Source: Candidatus Omnitrophota bacterium (lineage in GTDB: Bacteria > Omnitrophota > Gorgyraeia > Gorgyraeales > Gorgyraeaceae). Taken from it: 64,000 bases of DNA. The position numbers and the translations under genes are program-made. The DNA is taken from NCBI GenBank assembly GCA_041653835.1, contig JBAZEP010000005.1, forward strand, positions 313 through 64,312. Reading direction: 5' to 3'. The notes beneath the pieces are model-generated. The model saw nothing but the letters and a program-made list of their open reading frames with translations. It did not search any database and was not told where the DNA came from. Each line of letters starts with the position of its first letter. Within the stretch, counting starts at the first letter, position 1. Of this stretch, positions 29,580 to 37,470 are shown one piece after another.

Positions 29580-32500
29580 TTTAATTCGTACCACCTGCCC
29601 GGTCCGAGCGGGCCTTCTGCCTTAAGGAAACCTTTATCCATGAGACATCTCAAATCCCGCGCCGCCGTGGGTATCGATATTTTAAACAGGTCGGAATATT
29701 CTTTTCTTGTTATCCTTCCTGTCTTTTTTATATGTTCGAGCAGCTGGTTCTGCCTTCTGGTAAGATACGGGCCGCTTGGCTTTTCTTTTTCAGCCAATGC
29801 TTTTACAGGCGCGGCGATCATTTCCAGCGCAGGCTTCTGTGGAAGATACACTTGTTGTTTGTCTTCAACAGGTATCTTTATCGCATCAACCTGTGGTTTT
29901 CTTTTTTCCAGCCATGACGCGGCCATGGTATAAAGCGCGGGTATTACAAAAAGGGTCAGGAAGGTGCATACAGTAAGGCCTCCTATTACTGTTATTGCCA
30001 TCGGCGCCTGGAGTTCGGAACCTTCTCCCAGGCCAAGCGCCAGCGGAAAAAGCCCTAAAACCGTGGTAAACGATGTCATCATTATAGGCCTTAACCTGTT
30101 CGCTCCCGCGCGGCTTACCGCTGTTACAATATCAGCGCCTTCATTTCTGAAGCCATTTATCTTATCTATCAACACAATCCCGTTATCTACGACAACTCCG
30201 CCCAGGACAATAACACCTAATATAACCACTACGCTGATGGGCGTACTTGTCAGGAATAAAATCCACGTCACGCCTATCAAAGATAAAGGCAGGGTAAACA
30301 TGATGATAAAAGGCTGCCAGAATGACTCGAATTCGCTCGCCATGATCATATATACCAGGACTATGGAAAGGAGCAACGCGAACAATAAACTCAAAAATGA
30401 TTCCTTCATCTCCTGGTTCTCGCCCGCGAGTTCGATCGTAAAATCCTTCTCTACCTGTCTCACGGCCTGCTTTTTGATATCCGCGTGCTTTGCCATTGTG
30501 GAATCTATTACCTTATTCACATCCCCTATTACTTTGTCAAGCGGCCTTCCTGTCACATTCGCGGTCATCAATACCACCCTCTGCTGGTCAAGCCTTTTTA
30601 TCTCGCTCGGACCTAAGCCGTGTGAAATGTAAGCGACCTCCGAAAGCGGCACTTCTATCCCTAAAGGCGAATGGATCAATATGCTCCTGACACTTGAGAG
30701 TTTCTCCCTGTCTTCAGGCCTGAGCCTTACTTTTATGTCTATCTCCCTGCCTTCTTCCTTGAACTTAGTAGCTGTAACGCCTTTGATAGCGACATGCGCG
30801 GCCTGGGATATGGAGCCCACTGAAAGATTATATAACGCCGCCTTGTCCTTAATGATATTCACCTTTGTCTCAGGCGCAGGAGGCGCGAGGCTTGTCCTTA
30901 TGCCATAGACACCGGGTATCCTGGCAAGGCCGGAATTGAGCTCTTCGTAAAGCTTCTTTGTAAAGTTAAGGTCGTGGCCTTTTATCTCTATGACTATGGG
31001 CGCGCTACCCATGAGCGCGCTCTTAAAAATACTTTCCTGCAGGATATATTCTATCTCCGCGCCTTCCAGGTTTTCTTTATCCAATTTCTTCTTCAGGTTC
31101 TGTATTATCTGGGAGGTATTCAGCTTTCCCTTTTCTTTGCCCTTCTTGAGGTTGACGATGATATTGGCCTGGTGCGATCCCAGGGTCTCGACCATGTCGC
31201 CCGCGGCTCTTTCCTTGCTGGAACCTATGGTAACGGCCACGCTCTCCACATCTTTATTATCCAAGAGTTTTTCTTCTATCTTCCTGACATTGGAATCGGT
31301 TATCTCGAGTTTCGTGCCTGTCATCAGGTTTACCTTCATGATAAATTCGCGCTGGTCTACTTTGGGCATGAATTCTTTATTGAGGAACGTGAATATAACT
31401 ATGCTGAACAAGAACAGGATAAGAGCCCCTGACAGTATCAGCCATTTATTTTTAAGCGCTATAGGCAGAGACTTGCCGTATATCGTCCCCATCCATTTAA
31501 TCAATTTCAGTTCCGATCCTGCGCCCATAGGGGCTGGTCCGCCGGAACCGGTTTTTCTTTTCTTGCCGATCGTAACGAACAGGGGGATTAACGCCAGAGA
31601 TACGTAGAGGGACGCCATAAGAGAATAGGTAACCGTTATAGCGACCTCTTTGAACAACTGGCCCGCGATACCTGTAACGAATATCATAGGCAAAAACACG
31701 ACAACAGTTGTCATGACCGAGCCCCATATCGGGCTTTCTACCTCATTCGCCCCGACCCTCGCGGCTTCCTTTAATTCCTCCCCGGACTGAATATGGTTAG
31801 ATATATTTTCAATGACTACGATGCCCGCGTCCACAAGCATACCTATGCCGAGGGCAAGGCCGCCGAGCGAAAGCATATTAAGGCTTATGCCGCTGAAATA
31901 CATCAGGGTAAAAGTTATCATTATCGAGATAGGAATGGAAAGCGCGACTATCAGGGCCGGTTTTAATTTTTTCAGGAACAACCATAATACAAGAAACGCC
32001 AGGAATCCTCCCTGCCACGCGGCATCCCCTACATCCCTTATGGATTTTCTTATAAAGATAGACTGGTCATATACGACATTTACGTCTATACCGGCAGGCA
32101 GGTCCTTTTTTATATCTATCAGCCTCTTTTTGATATTATCCGCCACCTGCAGGGTATTGGAGCCGGCCTGTTTTAAGATAGCTACGGATATATTTTCTTT
32201 GCCGTTAAATCTTGAGATACTGGTGCGTTCCTGGAACGTGTCTTTTACCTCCGCTATATCCTTCAGATATATAAGCCTCGCTTTTTCCTCTCTTTTCTTT
32301 CGTTCTTCGGGGCTTTCCAAAGCGGTCCTGGAATCTTCCTGCTCTTCGGTCCCCACAACCGTTTCTTTTATCTGGGGGACTACTTCAAATTCTCCTATAG
32401 TACGTATGAGATACTCGTAAAAATGTTCTTCTATGGTGCCGGCAGGATAGTTAAGATTGGAGGATTTCAACGCGTCCACTACCTTATTTATAGCTATGCC

Positions 32501-33085
32501 CGACGCCCTCAGCCTCCCCTGGTTAATTGCCACCATTATCTCCCTTTCCAGCCCTCCTGTTATATTGCAAGACGCCACGCCCGGGACTTTTTCCAGTTCA
32601 TCCTTTATGAATTTCCTGGTAAGTTTCAAAAGTTCCGATGGGGCTTGTTCTCCCGTAACGCTGAGCGACATTACAGGCAGTTCGAACGGGTTGAATTTCA
32701 TTACGATCGGGTCCGCCGAACCAAGAGGAAGTCTTTCCTTCACAAGGTCTATCTTTTCCCTTACCCCGAGCGAGGCGAAATCCATATTGGTCCCCCAATT
32801 GAATTCCGTTGTCACAAGAGAAATGCCTTCTTTAGAAGTGGAACTGATGCGTTTAAGGTTGCCTACGGTGCCGACCGCTTCCTCTATTATTTTCGTTATA
32901 AGGGTTTCTACTTCCTCAGGCGCGGCGTTTTCGTATGTGGTTACGATGGTGAGTTGGGGGTAAGAGATCGCGGGGAATAATTCCTGCGGGAGCCTGCCGA
33001 GCGATATCAGGCCCATTAATACAATCCCTAAAAAAATCATGGTTACGGTTACTGGCTTATTTATCGAGAGGTCTGGTAGTTTCAT
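29576..33085 (-). CDS. RND efflux transporter (AcrB family) with C-terminal ~110 aa extension carrying a winged-HTH-like domain
   Basis: 1169 aa. An RND body of about 1,060 aa, then a linker and ...YLTRRQNQLLEHIKKTGRITRKEYSDLFKISIPTAARDLRCLMDKGFLKAEGPLGPGRWYELK at the C-terminus. No in-frame stop separates the two parts. Confidence 0.85.
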   Translation of the reverse strand: MKLPDLSINKPVTVTMIFLGIVLMGLISLGRLPQELFPAISYPQLTIVTTYENAAPEEVETLITKIIEEAVGTVGNLKRISSTSKEGISLVTTEFNWGTNMDFASLGVREKIDLVKERLPLGSADPIVMKFNPFELPVMSLSVTGEQAPSELLKLTRKFIKDELEKVPGVASCNITGGLEREIMVAINQGRLRASGIAINKVVDALKSSNLNYPAGTIEEHFYEYLIRTIGEFEVVPQIKETVVGTEEQEDSRTALESPEERKKREEKARLIYLKDIAEVKDTFQERTSISRFNGKENISVAILKQAGSNTLQVADNIKKRLIDIKKDLPAGIDVNVVYDQSIFIRKSIRDVGDAAWQGGFLAFLVLWLFLKKLKPALIVALSIPISIMITFTLMYFSGISLNMLSLGGLALGIGMLVDAGIVVIENISNHIQSGEELKEAARVGANEVESPIWGSVMTTVVVFLPMIFVTGIAGQLFKEVAITVTYSLMASLYVSLALIPLFVTIGKKRKTGSGGPAPMGAGSELKLIKWMGTIYGKSLPIALKNKWLILSGALILFLFSIVIFTFLNKEFMPKVDQREFIMKVNLMTGTKLEITDSNVRKIEEKLLDNKDVESVAVTIGSSKERAAGDMVETLGSHQANIIVNLKKGKEKGKLNTSQIIQNLKKKLDKENLEGAEIEYILQESIFKSALMGSAPIVIEIKGHDLNFTKKLYEELNSGLARIPGVYGIRTSLAPPAPETKVNIIKDKAALYNLSVGSISQAAHVAIKGVTATKFKEEGREIDIKVRLRPEDREKLSSVRSILIHSPLGIEVPLSEVAYISHGLGPSEIKRLDQQRVVLMTANVTGRPLDKVIGDVNKVIDSTMAKHADIKKQAVRQVEKDFTIELAGENQEMKESFLSLLFALLLSIVLVYMIMASEFESFWQPFIIMFTLPLSLIGVTWILFLTSTPISVVVILGVIVLGGVVVDNGIVLIDKINGFRNEGADIVTAVSRAGANRLRPIMMTSFTTVLGLFPLALGLGEGSELQAPMAITVIGGLTVCTFLTLFVIPALYTMAASWLEKRKPQVDAIKIPVEDKQQVYLPQKPALEMIAAPVKALAEKEKPSGPYLTRRQNQLLEHIKKTGRITRKEYSDLFKISIPTAARDLRCLMDKGFLKAEGPLGPGRWYELK

Positions 33086-34281
33086 CTGGCCGGGGTATTT
33101 TCCTGTACTTCTATAACCTGAACTGGCATTTCTTCTTTTAATTCCTGAGGAGTTTCCGTCACTATCAGGTCGCCTTCATTAAGCCCTTCGCTTATAACTG
33201 AATAGTCCGTGGTAATGTATTCTACTGTTACGGGTTTGATTTCTACCATATCCTGCCCGTTGACCGTTGACACAAAATATCCTTCGTCTTTTTTATTCAG
33301 GCTCAGGCTCGGGATAACCAGCGCGTTATTAAATTCTGCGACGGTTATCATCGCCCTTACGAACATCCCGGGCAAAAGCTGGACATCCGGATTTGGAAGC
33401 CTGACCTTGGCTGTCAGCGTCCTGGACTTTCCTTCTATGACAGGGTACACATAATCTACCTTGCCGTTAAACACAGCCCCGGGATGCGCGTCAACCGTTA
33501 CCGTAGCATCCTGCCCTATGGTAACTTTATCGATATCTTTCTCCACTATGCCGAGTTCCGCGAATACCTCACCTACGTCATAGAGCGTGGATATTTTATT
33601 ATTAGGCGTCACGAACTCCCCCGCCTCCGCTTCCCTCGCGCCTAAAACGCCTTCGCGGGAAGCGGACAGGTCTGTTTTTTGGAATTCCGCTTCCGAGGAT
33701 TTAACTTCCACTTCGGCTGATTTAGCCTGCTCAGCCGCGCCTTTTGCCTCCAGTTCAACTTCCTCCAGTTTCGCTTTTATAATGCCTCCTATATCATAAA
33801 GATTCTTATGTATCTCATATTTTTTCTTCGCGGCGAGGGCTTGTGTTTTTGCGGACTCTAACTTGCTTTTCGCGTAATCTATCTTTAACTGCGCGTCTTT
33901 TTTATTAAGGGACGCTATTATTTCTCCCTTATTTACAACATCCCCCTCCCGAAAGTTTATGGATTCCACTACTCCGTTGATCTCGAATTTGAGGGGTATC
34001 TCCAGCGCGCCTTTGATAGTACCCATGACAGGAAGGTCATCCTTGAAATCCGTGCGCGCGACTTTATAACATCTTACAGGAACAGCTTCGCCTGCCCGCC
34101 CTTCCTCTCCGCCTTCGATCCCCGCTTCTCCGCCGGCCATCCGGCCGGCAGCGATCTGCTTTAAAGCGTCCGCGTCAACGGCCGGGCTTTTTTTCATTAC
34201 CGTCTTCATCCACATCAATCCGAACACCAGTGCCCATAAAGCTATAAAACCTATGATCAATATCTTGTATCTTTTTTTCAT
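33082..34281 (-). CDS. RND efflux membrane fusion protein (periplasmic adaptor, HlyD/AcrA family)
   Basis: 399 aa. Signal/TM, coiled-coil hairpin, lipoyl and beta-barrel segments. Overlaps the RND gene by 4 nt. Confidence 0.85.
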   Translation of the reverse strand: MKKRYKILIIGFIALWALVFGLMWMKTVMKKSPAVDADALKQIAAGRMAGGEAGIEGGEEGRAGEAVPVRCYKVARTDFKDDLPVMGTIKGALEIPLKFEINGVVESINFREGDVVNKGEIIASLNKKDAQLKIDYAKSKLESAKTQALAAKKKYEIHKNLYDIGGIIKAKLEEVELEAKGAAEQAKSAEVEVKSSEAEFQKTDLSASREGVLGAREAEAGEFVTPNNKISTLYDVGEVFAELGIVEKDIDKVTIGQDATVTVDAHPGAVFNGKVDYVYPVIEGKSRTLTAKVRLPNPDVQLLPGMFVRAMITVAEFNNALVIPSLSLNKKDEGYFVSTVNGQDMVEIKPVTVEYITTDYSVISEGLNEGDLIVTETPQELKEEMPVQVIEVQENTPAR

Positions 34282-34291
34282 GATATCCTCG

Positions 34292-36082
34292 CTATTTTAC
34301 ATTTGCCAGTTCAAAATTCTCATCGTCCAGGAACAGCGAATAACCGGTAGCCTTGTTCAGTTTCGCCAGGGATTGATATAAACTTCCCAGCGCCTCTATA
34401 TAATAAGCTTTTTCATCGGTAAGGCTCATATGGGCCTGTATCAACTCTGATAAAGACGCCTCGTTTAATTCCGCGCGGGCCTTGGTAATCTTAAGCTCCT
34501 CTTCCCTGTATTTTATTTTATTTAAATTTGTCATTGTCTGGACCAGGCCTTTTTTGTAATTCAAATACGACTCCCTGACTTCTTTGATAATGGCGTCCCT
34601 TGCCTGTTCAAGCTCATCTTTCGCTTTTTTATATCCTATCTCCGCGGACTTTTCTTCGGAAAAACGTTGAAGCCCGTCCAGCAATCCCATCTCTACGGAT
34701 TTGCTTTCGGACTCGGTCCTTGTTGACTGGCCGTGTTTTTGGCTCGTTTTATCCTGTGTATATGAGGTGGAGAGGGTATTGCCGCCTAAAGGTTTGGTCA
34801 CTTTAAAACCCAAATACCAATCCGGATCAAGCGACAAAGTTTCACTCTCAAACGCGCCGCCCGAGCGGCCATACGAACCCGTGAGATCCACTTTTAGCTG
34901 ATTTTTGCTTTCCGCTATCTTTCGTTCATAATCATTGAACTCCAGCATATACTCTTTCGCCTTAAGGTCCGGCCTGGCTTTAAACGCCAGCTCCATACAA
35001 TCCTCCAGGCTGGTGTCTATAATGACGGGTTCCAGGTCTCTGGCAGGATCTTTGTCTATTATATCTATGGCATCTTCCCCTTCCCTGATATTGACTGCCT
35101 GGGCCAAGGCAAGCCTTGCCATTGCCAACTCATTCTCGCTTGATATAATCTGATAATGTATCTGCTGCATCTGAGATTCCAATTGAAGGAATTCGTTCCT
35201 GGTAATAAGCTCAAGCTCAAATCTTTTCTTGGCGCCGGCGAATATAGCCTCTGTTTCTCTCTGAAGGGCCCTGTGTAATTTTATGTCCATTTTCCCTGCC
35301 ATATAGGCGTAAAACGCGGATTCAACCTCAGCCCTCAGGTCCTGCAGGGTCTTATCATAATTATATGTGGACGCTTTCAGGTTGGTCATTGCCTGCTCAA
35401 CCGCGTATTTAAGCCTCCAGCCGTAATATAACGGATATTCGAACTTAAGTTTATACTCTTTGTCTGTAAAATCCTGCGTTGTCCCTGTGGTCTTTCCCGT
35501 AGTTTCCAGATAACTGGCTGTCGCGGCGGGATAAAGCGCCCGGCGCGCTTCTCTTATTTTGAGTTTGGATAATTCTATTTCTTCCCGCGCTATTTTCGCG
35601 GCTGTATGGTTTTCCAACGCTATATCAACAGCGTCATTTATGCCTAAATTGGCTGTTTCCTGGTCCGGATATTTGGCGATTACCGCGTCCTCAACCCCCT
35701 CCATCTCAAAAATAAGAGGCACTTCTATCCACAGATCCTTTTCTCCTAATTTTTCCGGGAACGGCTGGTATCTTTTATACATCCAAACTGTTCTGAGGCA
35801 TAAATTGTCCAGTTCTTTATTATTTGAAGATTCCGAAACATATACATCTTTTAACTCTCCCCATGGAGAAAGTAAAAGCTTTAATCTCAATTCTCCCTTT
35901 GAACCATATAAAACAGACGAACTCGGTTTAGGGATAGAGTTATAAATGTCCTTGGATAAATCTATTATATATTGTGTTATATCTTCTTCTGATTGGCTAT
36001 ATGTAGATGATACGGTAGGATTTATTGCTATAACCGCAATAAATACAAGAAAATAAAATAATATGATACGTCTTATGCGCAT
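34292..36082 (-). CDS. TolC-like outer-membrane efflux protein with N-terminal TonB_C-like domain
   Basis: 596 aa. The C-terminal ~440 aa carries two TolC-type repeats with coiled coils. The N-terminal ~140 aa contains ...VSESSNNKELDNLCLRTVWMYKRYQPFP...WIEVPLIFEM, which resembles the TonB C-terminal domain signature (SSG..LD.aAl.av..w.f.P....v.ipi.F). Confidence 0.65.
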   Translation of the reverse strand: MRIRRIILFYFLVFIAVIAINPTVSSTYSQSEEDITQYIIDLSKDIYNSIPKPSSSVLYGSKGELRLKLLLSPWGELKDVYVSESSNNKELDNLCLRTVWMYKRYQPFPEKLGEKDLWIEVPLIFEMEGVEDAVIAKYPDQETANLGINDAVDIALENHTAAKIAREEIELSKLKIREARRALYPAATASYLETTGKTTGTTQDFTDKEYKLKFEYPLYYGWRLKYAVEQAMTNLKASTYNYDKTLQDLRAEVESAFYAYMAGKMDIKLHRALQRETEAIFAGAKKRFELELITRNEFLQLESQMQQIHYQIISSENELAMARLALAQAVNIREGEDAIDIIDKDPARDLEPVIIDTSLEDCMELAFKARPDLKAKEYMLEFNDYERKIAESKNQLKVDLTGSYGRSGGAFESETLSLDPDWYLGFKVTKPLGGNTLSTSYTQDKTSQKHGQSTRTESESKSVEMGLLDGLQRFSEEKSAEIGYKKAKDELEQARDAIIKEVRESYLNYKKGLVQTMTNLNKIKYREEELKITKARAELNEASLSELIQAHMSLTDEKAYYIEALGSLYQSLAKLNKATGYSLFLDDENFELANVK

Positions 36083-36160
36083 TCCTTCTCCTGTGAGGAA
36101 AAGTATATCATATTATTGATATTTTGTCAAATGATACGGTTATGATACGGAAAAATTCTC

Positions 36161-36199
36161 TAATGACACATTTAAGACAGTGTCTTAAATGTGTCATTA
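36161..36199. repeat. 39 bp palindrome (taatgacacatttaagaca-g-tgtcttaaatgtgtcatta) between the TolC-like start and the ROK stop
   Basis: Read directly. Near-identical copy of 22168..22206. Confidence 0.55.
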
Positions 36200-36205
36200 A
36201 GGGAC

Positions 36206-37444
36206 TTAGGCTTGGATGAAAATGTCTCTTATTACAACACTTGCAGCGCCCAATGCTACGGCATCTTCCCCTAACCTGGCAGGTATTATCTTAACAATAT
36301 TCGCCGGCTCTTCGAATGCCCATTTTCTTACAGTCCTTCTTAACGGCTCTAAAAGCAAGCTCCCGGCCTTCTCTATGCCGCCACCTATAACTACTATTTC
36401 AGGATTGAATAAATTAACAAGGTACGCTATCCTTACGCCAAGGTTGACTGCCCCGTCTTCCAATAATTCTATCGCGAGAGTATCTCCTGCCTTGGCTGCT
36501 TCTATTATACAGTCTACCGTAATATTGTCGAACTTGTTATCGCACAACTCCATTATAACTGTCTTAATATTATCTTCTTTTATGATTTTTTTGGCCTGGC
36601 TTACCAATCCCAGGTCAAGGCCCGTGGGAAGAAGAAAAGAAAGGTTTTTCGATGCCTGCAGGTATTCGCCGTTACGAGGATAATTTATCCTTATCTCCCC
36701 CGCGCTGCCTGAAGCCCCGCAATACATCGTGCCTTTTATGATTATGCCGCTGCCCACATCGGAATACATGTAAATAGCGTCTTGTATATCCATAGGAAGC
36801 GCGTGCATCTTTTCTCCGAACGCGGCAAATGTCGCGTCATTCCCTATAAAAGACGGGAATCCAAACCTCTGCTCGATCATCCCTTTTATTGACAGGTAGC
36901 TTGTCCTTATGCCGTTCTTGGTGGAATCCCTTACCGTGCCGAGATGTTCGTCTATGACCCCGCCTATGCCTATGCCCACGCCTTTTATCTTATCCTTCTC
37001 CACGCCTTTTTTCCTGGATAATTCATCTATAAGGTCAAGCGAACCTTCTATGACTTTATCCATGCTGTCTTTTACCCTGATCTTTTTAACCTTGGTTACT
37101 ATTTTCCCAGCGAGATTGGTGACTAACCCTATCATGGTCGCGCCGGAAACATCCATGTGGCCCAGGTCAATCCCTATTGCCTGCATGCTGTCGTCGTTTA
37201 ACTTCACGATAGTAGGCTTCCTGCCTCCCGTAGAAGCCTCCATCCCTCCCTCAGACACCAATCCTTTTTCTATATAACTATTTATATAATTAGAAACCGT
37301 CACTATATTCAGGTCTGTGGCTTTGGATATATCAGCCCTTGTGATAGGACCGTTCCTGCGTATAAGTTCCAATATGGAAAAATTCTTTTTCTCGTGATCT
37401 GAAAATGTGTAACTATCATACATCCTGTTTTTTCTCATGACCAT
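36206..37444 (-). CDS. ROK-family transcriptional regulator (NagC/XylR-like; N-terminal wHTH plus sugar-kinase-like fold)
   Basis: 412 aa. HTH at residues ~20-70 (ILELIRRNGPITRADISKATDLNIVTVSNYINSYIEKGLV), then ROK glycine-rich and cysteine/histidine motifs. Confidence 0.8.
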   Translation of the reverse strand: MVMRKNRMYDSYTFSDHEKKNFSILELIRRNGPITRADISKATDLNIVTVSNYINSYIEKGLVSEGGMEASTGGRKPTIVKLNDDSMQAIGIDLGHMDVSGATMIGLVTNLAGKIVTKVKKIRVKDSMDKVIEGSLDLIDELSRKKGVEKDKIKGVGIGIGGVIDEHLGTVRDSTKNGIRTSYLSIKGMIEQRFGFPSFIGNDATFAAFGEKMHALPMDIQDAIYMYSDVGSGIIIKGTMYCGASGSAGEIRINYPRNGEYLQASKNLSFLLPTGLDLGLVSQAKKIIKEDNIKTVIMELCDNKFDNITVDCIIEAAKAGDTLAIELLEDGAVNLGVRIAYLVNLFNPEIVVIGGGIEKAGSLLLEPLRRTVRKWAFEEPANIVKIIPARLGEDAVALGAASVVIRDIFIQA

Positions 37445-37470
37445 GATTGCCTCCGCAAATTATTCCTGAT

